DNA of 35,099 nucleotides from an uncultured Bacilli bacterium. Lineage in GTDB: Bacteria; Bacillota_I; Bacilli_A; RF39; UBA660. The stretch covers positions 1 through 35,099 of the forward strand of contig CALVVE010000002.1 in the NCBI GenBank assembly GCA_944363775.1, read 5' to 3'. Below the pieces are notes generated by a model. The model saw only the letters and a list, made by a program, of their open reading frames with translations. It made no database searches and was not told where the DNA came from. Position 1 is the stretch's first letter; every line of letters begins with the position of its first letter. A program made the translations under genes and the position numbers. This document shows positions 14,175 to 23,099 of this stretch, in pieces.

Positions 14175-16043
14175 TTGAAAAAATTAAATTTCTTATTAGT
14201 AATTTCTATTATTTGTTTAATTTGTAGTGGTATATTTAAATTAAATCATAGAGTAATTACATCTAATTCTTCTACCCAAAAAAGTAATAGTGAAGTGAAT
14301 TTAAACAGTACTAAAGAAAAAGTAACTGAAGATAATAAAATTAAAAAATTATTTGAAATAAAAAAAGATGTTGTTAAAAAAGAAAATAATGTTACTAGTA
14401 TTGCAATGAAAAATGGCTTTTATAAATTAAACGATTCATATTATTTTTTTGATGAATTAGGTATATCACAAACTGGATTTATTAAATATGAAGATAAAAT
14501 ATATTATTTATCTGAACAAGATGGACTTGCAACTGGTTTTAAAATAATTAATGATAAAACTTATTATTTTAATAATGAAGGAATTTTACAAACTGGATTA
14601 ATAGAAATAGATAATAAAAACTATTATTTTGATGAATTTGGGGTTATGCAAATTGGTTTTATTAATGTTAATAATAAAATAAGATATTTTAGTGAAAATG
14701 GAGAGTTATTTGGTTTTATTAATGTTGATAATAATGTTTATTATGTTGATGAATCTAATGGTTTATTAACAAAATTACAAACAATTAAAGATAATGAGTA
14801 TTACTTTGATGAGGATGGAGTTATGCAAACTGGGTTTGTTAATGATGAAAATAACACTTATTACTTTAATGAATCAGGAATTAGAGAAAAAGGTTGGATA
14901 AACATTGAGAATAATAAGTATTATTTAAACGATACTACCCTACTTACTGGATTAAATAATATAGATGGAAATAACTATTATTTTAATGAATTTGGTATTT
15001 TAGAGACAGGACTTATTACTATTGATAATGATTTATATTACTTTAATGATGATGGTGTAATGTTTATTGGATTATTAAAATTAGAAAATAAAATTTATTA
15101 TTTTGATAATGATGGAAAAAATAAAATTGGTTTTATTGAAATAAATAATAATAAATATTATATTAATAATGAACAAGAGTATCTAATTGGCTTAAATAAA
15201 ATTGAAAATAATACTTACTACTTTAATGAAGAAGGAATTATGCAAACTGGTTTTCAAGCAATAAATAATAATACATATTATTTTGATGAATTTGGTAAAA
15301 TGATTACAAACGAGATAATTATAGATGATAAAAAATATTATTTTAATAGCGAAGGAATTTTAGAGAAAGAAGAAAATATTAAAGAAGAAAATGAAGTTCA
15401 AGATACAGTAAAGGGTAAAACTTTTTATAAAGATGATGGTAGTATTTTAGCTACAAATGCAAAAAAAATAATTGATGTATCAAAATTTCAAGGTAATATT
15501 GATTGGAACTTAGTAAAAAATAGTGATGTCGATGGAGCTATATTAAGACTTGGTTTTGGAAGTTATTCTTTAGATAGTAAATTTATTGATAATTTAAATG
15601 CTGTTAAAAGTTTAAATATACCATATGGAATTTATTTATATAGTTATGCAGTTAATGGATCCGAAGCATTATCAGAAGCTAATTTTGTTGTAAATTCCAT
15701 TTACAAATATAATATAAACCCAAGTTTAGGAATCTATTATGATATTGAAAGTAATGATATCACTAGACATTTAACTAATTTAGATTATTCAGTTATTATT
15801 CCTACTTTTTTAAATAAAGTTAGAGAAACTAATTATAAAGTAAATGTTTATACATATAAAGCTTTGGCTAATGAAAAATTATATACTGAAAATTTAAAAC
15901 GTGAAATTACTTGGATTGCTCAATATAATAATGAATGTACTTGGGATGGCTTTTATGAAGGATGGCAATATACATCAACTGGTAAAGTTAATGGTATTAA
16001 TGGAAATGTTGATATTAGTATTTTTGGTGAATTTAAAAAATAG
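14175..16043 (+). CDS. GH25 muramidase (lysozyme/autolysin) with N-terminal signal anchor and about 16 cell-wall-binding repeats
   Basis: TTG start after AGGAGG, with the N-terminal signal anchor KKLNFLLVISIICLICSG. It carries about 16 tandem 20-aa repeats of the YYFxxxGxMxTGW/F type (CW_binding_1). The C-terminal GH25 motifs are IIDVSKFQGNIDWNLVK, DGAILRLGFG and GIYYDIESN. Confidence 0.85.
   Translation: MKKLNFLLVISIICLICSGIFKLNHRVITSNSSTQKSNSEVNLNSTKEKVTEDNKIKKLFEIKKDVVKKENNVTSIAMKNGFYKLNDSYYFFDELGISQTGFIKYEDKIYYLSEQDGLATGFKIINDKTYYFNNEGILQTGLIEIDNKNYYFDEFGVMQIGFINVNNKIRYFSENGELFGFINVDNNVYYVDESNGLLTKLQTIKDNEYYFDEDGVMQTGFVNDENNTYYFNESGIREKGWINIENNKYYLNDTTLLTGLNNIDGNNYYFNEFGILETGLITIDNDLYYFNDDGVMFIGLLKLENKIYYFDNDGKNKIGFIEINNNKYYINNEQEYLIGLNKIENNTYYFNEEGIMQTGFQAINNNTYYFDEFGKMITNEIIIDDKKYYFNSEGILEKEENIKEENEVQDTVKGKTFYKDDGSILATNAKKIIDVSKFQGNIDWNLVKNSDVDGAILRLGFGSYSLDSKFIDNLNAVKSLNIPYGIYLYSYAVNGSEALSEANFVVNSIYKYNINPSLGIYYDIESNDITRHLTNLDYSVIIPTFLNKVRETNYKVNVYTYKALANEKLYTENLKREITWIAQYNNECTWDGFYEGWQYTSTGKVNGINGNVDISIFGEFKK
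14410..15370 (+). repeat. tandem about 60-nt coding repeats (cell-wall/choline-binding repeat array)
   Basis: The periodic motif ...N(N/K)xYYF(D/N)E(D/F)G(V/I)MQTGF... recurs about 16 times in the translated sequence. Confidence 0.8.
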
Positions 16044-16060
16044 GCTTCGGCCTATTTTTG
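16035..16060. terminator. bidirectional terminator
   Basis: AAAAAATAGGC-TTCG-GCCTATTTTT with a UUCG tetraloop. It overlaps the stop codons of both convergent genes. Confidence 0.75.
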
Positions 16061-16471
16061 AATCATATTTAATAAATTTATTTTAAATATATCTTTATCA
16101 GCATTCTTTTTAGAAACCATTACACCTTTATATGTAACAAGTTCTGATTGATGCCCTTCTGATAAAATATCTTCTGGGATTAAAGTATCTAACATTATAA
16201 TACTATCTTTTGTGTATACATGATAACGTAATTTTATATCACCATGAACTTTTGAAAACATTACATCAGTTGGTAATTTTAATTCATAAGTAGTTGTTCC
16301 TTTATCTTTATTAGTTGAAATAATCTCTCCTAATAATTCCCCATTCTTTAAATGTGGATAATAATCAAAATATAATTTTTTATAAGCTAACATATTATAT
16401 TTCTTTAATGAACGTTCTAACTTATGAAATTCATTTTCATTTATATAATCAAAAACATAAGATCCTTTCAT
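16052..16471 (-). CDS. hypothetical protein (monocistronic orphan)
   Basis: 139-aa ORF with an AGAGGGGA RBS, its own promoter and its own terminator. No confident domain. Confidence 0.55.
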   Translation of the reverse strand: MKGSYVFDYINENEFHKLERSLKKYNMLAYKKLYFDYYPHLKNGELLGEIISTNKDKGTTTYELKLPTDVMFSKVHGDIKLRYHVYTKDSIIMLDTLIPEDILSEGHQSELVTYKGVMVSKKNADKDIFKINLLNMIQK

Positions 16472-16514
16472 ATAATCCCCTCTTGCTATCTAATTAGTCG
16501 GTATACGCAAAAAT

Positions 16515-16543
16515 ATTTTATCATAAAATACTTATTTTAGCAA
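16515..16543 (-). promoter_or_regulatory. sigma-A promoter, TTGCTA-17-TAAAAT
   Basis: On the minus strand, TTGCTA is at 16543..16538, followed by a 17-nt spacer and TAAAAT at 16520..16515. It lies about 45 nt upstream of the ATG at 16471. Confidence 0.5.
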
Positions 16544-16559
16544 TAAAAATTGCTCATTT

Positions 16560-16832
16560 TTAATTTAAATCAATTAAAACTACTGTACATCCATCATTAT
16601 AATAATAAGTTTTAAATTCTTTTACTATTTTATTTCTTCTTAAAGTTTCATGTACGGCATTTTTAACAATTCCCATCCCTATTCCATGAACAATTACAAA
16701 TACTTCATTTTTTAATTTTTTATTTTCTTTTATAAATTGTAAAGTAGCAACTCTAGCACTTTCACGATCATAACCATGCAAATCTATTTTAGGATATCTA
16801 TCAATAAAAATTATATTATTTAGATTTTCCAT
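16560..16832 (-). CDS. stand-alone Smr domain protein
   Basis: 90 aa with IDLHGYDRESA (the Smr LDLHG motif) and VIVHGIGMGIVKNAVHETL (the HGxG motif). Its start overlaps the 3' end of the kinase gene by 17 nt. Confidence 0.75.
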   Translation of the reverse strand: MENLNNIIFIDRYPKIDLHGYDRESARVATLQFIKENKKLKNEVFVIVHGIGMGIVKNAVHETLRRNKIVKEFKTYYYNDGCTVVLIDLN

Positions 16833-17709
16833 AATTTAATACTTCTTCTAATTCAGGAACAGAATATCTGCCACCAACTTTTGTAACTGATAAAGCTCCA
16901 GCTATTGTTGCAATTTTTAAAGTTTGTTCTAAATTATAACCTTTAGCTAAACCATATGTAAATGCTCCATGAAAAATATCTCCTGCAGCAGTTGTATCGA
17001 CTGCATTAATTTTAATTGATGGCATTCTTTTTAAACCACCATCACTTTCATATAAACAACCATTTTCTTCTAAAGTAATAATTACTCTACCTTGAAATTG
17101 TTCTTTCATTTTATGCATTAACTGTTGATAATGCTCATTTGTATTATCTCTTTTTAATCTCGTAACATTTAAAGCAAACTCATAAGAACATATAACAAAA
17201 TGACATAATTTAGAAAGTTCAATTATTTCTTTAGTTGGTCTACTTGCATCTATTATTCTTATTGCATTTGAATACTTATCAAAAAGTCTATTTGTTTCTT
17301 CAATTTCTTGACCATCAGTTAAAATTATTTCTGGATAAAAATTCAACTTAACTGGTTTCATTTTTATTGAATCAGGTCGATATGTTAAAACTGTTCTTGA
17401 ACCATTATTATTATTAACCATAATTATACTACTAGTTGTAACTACATTATTATTAACTTCTAAAAAGTTTGTATTAACTCCGACCTCGTCAAATTCTTGT
17501 TTTATTACTTCTCCATATTCATCATTTCCAACAACACCTAAAAAAGTTACTTGCTCTCCCCATTTTCCAAGTAAATATGCAGCATTGGAAGCTGGTCCTC
17601 CACCACATTCAATTCTTTTAGCAACACGATTTTTTGTATTTTCTATAGGAAAATTATCCATTGGAAATGTTATATCATATGAAGCATGACCAATACATAT
17701 TATTTTCAT
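16816..17709 (-). CDS. PfkB-family carbohydrate kinase (ribokinase-like), substrate unknown
   Basis: 297 aa with GGGPASNAA near the N-terminus and the DTTAAGDIFHGAFTYGL PfkB signature 2. GGGTGA RBS present. Confidence 0.85.
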   Translation of the reverse strand: MKIICIGHASYDITFPMDNFPIENTKNRVAKRIECGGGPASNAAYLLGKWGEQVTFLGVVGNDEYGEVIKQEFDEVGVNTNFLEVNNNVVTTSSIIMVNNNNGSRTVLTYRPDSIKMKPVKLNFYPEIILTDGQEIEETNRLFDKYSNAIRIIDASRPTKEIIELSKLCHFVICSYEFALNVTRLKRDNTNEHYQQLMHKMKEQFQGRVIITLEENGCLYESDGGLKRMPSIKINAVDTTAAGDIFHGAFTYGLAKGYNLEQTLKIATIAGALSVTKVGGRYSVPELEEVLNYGKSK

Positions 17710-17806
17710 ACTATCACCCTAATATTATAATAACACAAATACATAAAAAAAAGTAAATATTTTTTATATTTCACAAAATTATTTACTTTTTTTACAACTA
17801 TTACAA

Positions 17807-17983
17807 CTATTTTTTACTTTTAACTTTTCTATTTAATTTAGAAGAAATTTGATTAATATTATTATATATTGAATGAACTTCATGACAATTATCATTATTT
17901 ATTTTTTTATAACTTATATATTCTAACATTAATTTACCTTTTAAATTAATTAATTCATTTTTCGTTAAAGAATTTAAATTCAT
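17807..17983 (-). CDS. possible 58-aa small protein (unannotated)
   Basis: ATG at 17983 lies 5 nt after GGAAGGTG, giving MNLNSLTKNELINLKGKLMLEYISYKKINNDNCHEVHSIYNNINQISSKLNRKVKSKK, with a TAG stop at 17809-17807. An A/U-rich hairpin plus U-run lies downstream (17744-17793). It is below the ORF-track cutoff. Confidence 0.35.
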   Translation of the reverse strand: MNLNSLTKNELINLKGKLMLEYISYKKINNDNCHEVHSIYNNINQISSKLNRKVKSKK

Positions 17984-18116
17984 AAATCACCTTCCTTTCG
18001 TTAGAGTTCTAATATAACATAAATTTTATATATTTTTACAAATTTAACAAAACTTTAACAAATGTTTCAACTTTATAACATAAAAGAAGCTTGTAACAAC
18101 AAACTCCTTTATTTTT

Positions 18117-20741
18117 TTATTTATTATTAATTGCGGCTTGGGCAGCTGCAAGTCTTGCAATTGGTACTCTAAATGGACTACAAGATACATATGTTAAACC
18201 TAACTTATGGCAGAATTCAACACTTGATGGTTCCCCTCCATGTTCACCACAAATACCAAGTTTAATATCACTTCTTGTACTACGTCCTTTTTCAACGGCA
18301 ATTTTCATAAGTTCACCAACACCTTCTTGGTCAACTTTAGCAAATGGATCTGATTCAAAAATATTTTTCTTGTAATAATCTTCTAAGAATTTAGAAGCAT
18401 CATCACGACTAAATCCATAAGTCATTTGTGTTAAATCATTTGTTCCAAATGAGAAGAATTCAGCTTCTTTAGCAATCTTATCAGCAGTTAATGCAGCTCT
18501 TGGAATTTCAATCATTGTTCCAACTTTATATTTTAATTCTACACCAGCTTCTTTAATAATACTATCAGCTGTTGTTACAACTTGTTCTTTTACATATTGT
18601 AACTCTTTAACATCACCAACTAATGGAATCATAATTTCAGGTTCAACATTTAAACCTTCTTTATTTACATTAATTGCAGCTTCAATAACAGCTCTTGTTT
18701 GCATACGAGCAATTTCTGGATAAGTAACTGCTAAACGACAACCACGGTGCCCCATCATTGGATTAAATTCTTTTAAAGATTCTACTCTTTCTTTTAATGC
18801 TTCAAAAGTCATTCCTAAACTTTCTGCAAGTGGTCTTATTTCATCATCAGTGTGAGGTAAGAACTCATGTAGAGGTGGGTCTAAGAAACGAATTGTTACA
18901 CTATAACCATCCATAGCTTTAAATAATCCTTCAAAATCACTTCTTTGATATGGTAGAATTTTTTCTAAAGCTTCTTCACGCATTTCTAGAGTTTCAGCTG
19001 TAATCATGCGTCTAAAATTGAATATTCTTTCTTCTTCAAAGAACATGTGTTCTGTACGGCATAAACCAATTCCTTCAGCTCCAAAGTTACGAGCAACTGT
19101 AGCATCTTTTGGTGTATCCGCATTAGCACGAACTTGTAACTTACGAGTTTGATCAGCCCAAGACATAAATGTTTCAAAGTTACCACTGATTTTTGGATCA
19201 ACAGTTTTAATTTGTTTACCATAAACATTACCAGTTGAACCATCTAAACTCATGTAATCACCTTCATGGAATTCTCTACCATCTTTTGTTTTTATTGTTT
19301 TTGTAGCTTCATCAATTACTAATTCACCACAACCACAAACACAACAAGTACCCATACCACGAGCAACTACAGCAGCATGACTTGTCATTCCACCACGAGT
19401 AGTTAAAATACCATGAGCTAAATTCATTCCTTCAATATCTTCTGGACTTGTTTCCATACGAACAAGTAAAATATCTTTTTCTCCAGCTTTGTGTGCTTTT
19501 ACAACATCATCAGCAGTAAAGTAAATTTTACCAGTTGCAGCACCAGGTGAAGCAGCTAAACCTTTAGCAATTACTTCTGCTTCTTTTAAGTCATCTTGAT
19601 CAAAATTTTTATGTAATAATTGATCTAATTGTTTTGGTTCTACTTTAAGTAAAGCTTCTTCTTTAGAACACATTCCTTCTTCAACTAACTCAACAGCAAT
19701 TCTAAGTGCTGCATGAGCAGTTCTTTTTCCATTACGTGTTTGTAACATATAAAGTTTACCATCTTCAATTGTAAATTCCATATCTTGCATATCACGATAA
19801 TGATCTTCTAGAATACCACAAATACGTACAAATTCATTATAACAATCTGGCATTACTTCTTTTAAAGTATCAATTGATTTTGGTGTACGAATACCAGCAA
19901 CAACATCTTCACCTTGTGCATTCATTAAATATTCACCAAATAATTTTTTCTCACCAGTAGCTGGATTACGAGTAAATGCAACACCAGTACCAGAAGTTTC
20001 ACCACGGTTACCATAAACCATTTCTTGAACATTTACAGCTGTTCCCCAACTTCCTGGAATGTCATTTAATCTACGATAAGTAATCGCACGATCATTATTC
20101 CAACTTCTAAATACAGCTTTTACGGCTTCTAATAATTGAACTTTTGGATCTTGTGGGAATTCCTCACCTGCATGTTTTAAATATTCTTTTTTATAGATAT
20201 CTACTACTTCCATTAAATCTTCAGCAGTAAGATCAGTATCATATTCTACACCTTTTTGTTCTTTAATACGGTCAAATTGATGTTCAAAATCACTTTTTGG
20301 GAACCCCATTACAACATCAGCAAACATTTGAATAAAACGACGATAACTATCATATACAAATCTAGGATTATTAGTAGCTTCAACAAAACCTTTAGCTACT
20401 TCATCAGTAAGACCTAAATTTAATACTGTATCCATCATTCCTGGCATACTAGTTCTAGCTCCACTACGAACAGAAACAAGTAATGGATTTTTAGTATCTC
20501 CTACTTTTTTACCAGTAATTTTTTCTAGTGCAGCAAGTTGTTCAAAAATTTGTTTTTCAACTTCCTCACTTATAACTTTACCGTCTTCATAATACTTTGT
20601 ACAAGCTTCTGTAGTAACAGTAAATCCTTGTGGAACAGGTAATCCAATATTAGTCATTTCAGCAAGGTTAGCACCTTTACCACCTAATAGATTACGCATG
20701 TCTTTGTTTCCTTCACTAAACAAATAAACATATTTTGTCAT
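18117..20741 (-). CDS. ppdK: pyruvate, phosphate dikinase
   Basis: 874 aa with the N-terminal ATP-grasp motif (GGKGANLAEM), the phospho-His motif GGMTSHAAVVARGMG and a C-terminal PEP-utilising TIM barrel (FFSFGTNDLTQ). Start placed at the ATG at 20741 (MTKYVYLF) after GAGGAGG. Confidence 0.97.
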   Translation of the reverse strand: MTKYVYLFSEGNKDMRNLLGGKGANLAEMTNIGLPVPQGFTVTTEACTKYYEDGKVISEEVEKQIFEQLAALEKITGKKVGDTKNPLLVSVRSGARTSMPGMMDTVLNLGLTDEVAKGFVEATNNPRFVYDSYRRFIQMFADVVMGFPKSDFEHQFDRIKEQKGVEYDTDLTAEDLMEVVDIYKKEYLKHAGEEFPQDPKVQLLEAVKAVFRSWNNDRAITYRRLNDIPGSWGTAVNVQEMVYGNRGETSGTGVAFTRNPATGEKKLFGEYLMNAQGEDVVAGIRTPKSIDTLKEVMPDCYNEFVRICGILEDHYRDMQDMEFTIEDGKLYMLQTRNGKRTAHAALRIAVELVEEGMCSKEEALLKVEPKQLDQLLHKNFDQDDLKEAEVIAKGLAASPGAATGKIYFTADDVVKAHKAGEKDILLVRMETSPEDIEGMNLAHGILTTRGGMTSHAAVVARGMGTCCVCGCGELVIDEATKTIKTKDGREFHEGDYMSLDGSTGNVYGKQIKTVDPKISGNFETFMSWADQTRKLQVRANADTPKDATVARNFGAEGIGLCRTEHMFFEEERIFNFRRMITAETLEMREEALEKILPYQRSDFEGLFKAMDGYSVTIRFLDPPLHEFLPHTDDEIRPLAESLGMTFEALKERVESLKEFNPMMGHRGCRLAVTYPEIARMQTRAVIEAAINVNKEGLNVEPEIMIPLVGDVKELQYVKEQVVTTADSIIKEAGVELKYKVGTMIEIPRAALTADKIAKEAEFFSFGTNDLTQMTYGFSRDDASKFLEDYYKKNIFESDPFAKVDQEGVGELMKIAVEKGRSTRSDIKLGICGEHGGEPSSVEFCHKLGLTYVSCSPFRVPIARLAAAQAAINNK

Positions 20742-20770
20742 ATCTTTCCTCCTCACATTGTCCCATATTC

Positions 20771-20799
20771 ATTATAACAAATCCAGCACAGATAAACAA
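20771..20799 (-). promoter_or_regulatory. sigma-A promoter of ppdK with extended -10 (TTGTTT-17-TGnTATAAT)
   Basis: On the minus strand, TTGTTT is at 20799..20794, followed by a 17-nt spacer ending in TGT and TATAAT at 20776..20771. Confidence 0.55.
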
Positions 20800-20863
20800 G
20801 CTAATACCAGTTTTAAAATATGAAAATTTTAAGAAATTTAGAACAAAAAAATAAAATAATTTC

Positions 20864-21754
20864 TTATTTTATTTTTGATCTAGGATGTGTATTTAAATAA
20901 ACATTTCTTAAACGTTCATTGGAAATATGTGTATAAACTTGGGTTGTACTTAAATTTTCATGTCCAAGTAATTCTTGAACACTTTTTAAATCAGCCCCTT
21001 CATTTAACATATGAGTAGCAAAAGTATGACGAATAGTATGTGGTGTAACATGAATTTTAAGTCCACTCTTACGTACAATATTTTCTAATATTAATTCAAT
21101 TCCCCGAGTACTCATTTTATTTCCATTTTTATTTAAAATTAAATATTGATTATCAATTTTCTTACATAATTCACTACGACTATTTTTAGCATAATCAATT
21201 AATCTTTTAGAACAAACTTTACCATATAAAACAGTTCTTTCTTTATTACCTTTTCCTTTTACCCTAATTTCACCATGATTAATATCACTTAATTTTAAAT
21301 TAACAAGTTCACTTACACGAATTCCTGTTGAATATAATAATTCTAATATTAAAATATCTCTTTTACCTAAAACTGTACTATCGTCAATACTATCAAATAA
21401 CTTTTGTAATTCTTCATAAGTAACATAATTAGGTAATCTTTTATCCAATTTAGGATTAGATATTAATGTACTAGGATTAGTATTAATAATTTCTTCACTT
21501 ACTAAATATTTAAAAAAAGTTCTAAGTGTACTAATATTTCTAGAAATAGTTTTTTTACTATAATTTTTATCATATAAACTAATTAAATAATTTCTTAAAA
21601 TATTATAATTAACACTTTTTAAATTATTAATATTTTCAGACTTTAAAAAATTATAAAAAGCATCCAAATCAAGTTCATAACTCTTAATAGTTTCTTTAGA
21701 ATAACCTTTATTATTTTGTATATAATCCAAAAATTCTTCTATATTATTTTTCAT
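20864..21754 (-). CDS. tyrosine recombinase, XerC/XerD family
   Basis: 296 aa with an N-terminal SAM-like core-binding domain. C-terminal catalytic motifs are HTIRHTFATHML and LLGHENLSTTQVYTHI. I cannot distinguish XerC from XerD by eye. Confidence 0.9.
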   Translation of the reverse strand: MKNNIEEFLDYIQNNKGYSKETIKSYELDLDAFYNFLKSENINNLKSVNYNILRNYLISLYDKNYSKKTISRNISTLRTFFKYLVSEEIINTNPSTLISNPKLDKRLPNYVTYEELQKLFDSIDDSTVLGKRDILILELLYSTGIRVSELVNLKLSDINHGEIRVKGKGNKERTVLYGKVCSKRLIDYAKNSRSELCKKIDNQYLILNKNGNKMSTRGIELILENIVRKSGLKIHVTPHTIRHTFATHMLNEGADLKSVQELLGHENLSTTQVYTHISNERLRNVYLNTHPRSKIK

Positions 21755-21755
21755 T

Positions 21756-22655
21756 TTACCACTTTTTTCTAATCCCTAATCCATCTGGATAAACTCCTAA
21801 ATCTTCTTTATTAAAATCTTCTAAATCATAACCATTTTTATAAAGTTCTTCCATTTTTTCAAAAACAATTTCACTATTTTTATTTTTCTTATCTATTTCA
21901 ATTTCTAATTCATCTAATAAATTAGTTTTATTCTTTTTATTATATAAATCAATTAATTCTAAGAAATTTCTTATATTTTTATATGTAAGTAATTGTTGAA
22001 ATAAAATTTTAGCAGACGCTATATAAAATTCTTTATCATTTTCTCTTATATATTCTTCATCTTCAATTTTTTCAAGATAATCTTTATAATCATTTAAACG
22101 TTCTTTTAAATACTTATTTACTATTTTTGAATCTTCTATAAAATCATAAAATTGTTCATTATTTTTATAAGTATTAATTAACGTATTAAGAAATTTTTTA
22201 TATATCAAATCATTACTAATTTCTTTTTCAGTTTCTTCTTTATCATAATTCAATTTATTTTGTGCCCATTCAAAAATAGTTAAAAAATATTCACTCTTTT
22301 TTGAATTATTATTAAGTAGAGATAAATATTTAATATTTTTATTACTTTTATAAGAAATATTAAATTGAATTATTTCATTACCATTTAGATATTTTAATTC
22401 TTTTAAAATTGTTTTCTTTAATGTTGGATTAGAAATTTTGTTTTTTTCAATATAATCCAAAATATCACTATAATATTTTATTAAATTAATATTTATCATA
22501 TTTTTATTTCTATTTCCACAATCTAACTGATTTAATAAAAATGAATCTAAATCAACTAAATTATTTTGTTGATAAAATTTATTATCACTATAATTGAAAA
22601 TTGGAAAAACGTGATAACTAGGAGTATTTGAAACTAACGAATATCTTCTTTGCAT
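21756..22655 (-). CDS. hypothetical Asn/Lys-rich protein
   Basis: ORF with GGGTGA RBS before the ATG at 22655 (MQRRYSLVS...). Its stop lies 1 nt before the xer start. No recognisable domain. Confidence 0.5.
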   Translation of the reverse strand: MQRRYSLVSNTPSYHVFPIFNYSDNKFYQQNNLVDLDSFLLNQLDCGNRNKNMININLIKYYSDILDYIEKNKISNPTLKKTILKELKYLNGNEIIQFNISYKSNKNIKYLSLLNNNSKKSEYFLTIFEWAQNKLNYDKEETEKEISNDLIYKKFLNTLINTYKNNEQFYDFIEDSKIVNKYLKERLNDYKDYLEKIEDEEYIRENDKEFYIASAKILFQQLLTYKNIRNFLELIDLYNKKNKTNLLDELEIEIDKKNKNSEIVFEKMEELYKNGYDLEDFNKEDLGVYPDGLGIRKKW

Positions 22656-22670
22656 TATATCACCCACTTC

Positions 22671-22697
22671 AAAAAAATGAGTCTATTTTTTAGACTC
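22671..22697 (-). terminator. rho-independent terminator after the YtxH-like gene
   Basis: Minus-strand GAGUCUA-AAAAA-UAGACUC followed by A and seven U residues. It overlaps the stop codon. Confidence 0.6.
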
Positions 22698-23099
22698 TTT
22701 TTTTTCTAAATTTTCTACTACTTTATTAGCAGTATCAAGACATGCATCTTTTACTTTAGTAGCAGCTTCTTCTAAAACTGGAGTCCCTACTTCTTTTGTA
22801 TAAGCTACTAATTCAGCTGTCATATCTTGGATTTTTCTAACTTGCTTTTTAGCAACAGCCATTACAGTTTCTTTATCAAGATTATCAATTGCATCTTTTA
22901 TTTCATATAATTTTGATTCTAATTCAGCTCTTACTTCTTCTTTATCTAAATCTTTAGCTTTGTTAATTAAAGAATCAATATTATTCTTTAATTCTTCTCT
23001 TGTTTCACTACCTTTTTTAGGAGCAAATAAAACTCCTAATCCAGCACCGATTGCGGCACCAGCTAAAAATTTTCCAAAACCATTACTTTTCTTGCTCAT
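22683..23099 (-). CDS. YtxH domain protein (general stress protein family)
   Basis: N-terminus GFGKFLAGAAIGAGLGVLFAPKKGSETREELK is the YtxH signature, followed by a coiled-coil tail. Confidence 0.75.
   Translation of the reverse strand: MSKKSNGFGKFLAGAAIGAGLGVLFAPKKGSETREELKNNIDSLINKAKDLDKEEVRAELESKLYEIKDAIDNLDKETVMAVAKKQVRKIQDMTAELVAYTKEVGTPVLEEAATKVKDACLDTANKVVENLEKKESKK

Noticed and set aside
14410-15370. Regular roughly 60-nt periodicity that could suggest a CRISPR-like or satellite array
   Set aside because: The periodicity lies within one long ORF and corresponds to 20-aa cell-wall-binding repeats. There is no repeat-spacer structure.
13685-16043. The 24-aa hydrophobic peptide acting as a holin for the adjacent GH25 lysin (prophage lysis cassette remnant next to tRNAs)
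   Set aside because: The peptide gene is on the opposite strand and has its own promoter-like element. It is separated from the lysin by a terminator and the lysin's own promoter. The lysin has its own signal anchor, and no other phage genes or att-like direct repeats of the tRNA 3' end were seen.
20757-20880. AT-only hairpins (for example AAATAAAATAA-TTTC-TTATTTTATTT at the xer stop) as terminators or regulatory elements
   Set aside because: Stems made entirely of A-T pairs are expected by chance in DNA this AT-rich and would be thermodynamically weak. They are not reported as features.
20864-21754. The tyrosine recombinase as a phage or ICE integrase marking a mobile element
   Set aside because: Its size and motifs fit chromosomal XerC/XerD. 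It lies within a housekeeping/stress gene string, is 7 kb from the tRNAs, and has no flanking repeats or cargo genes.
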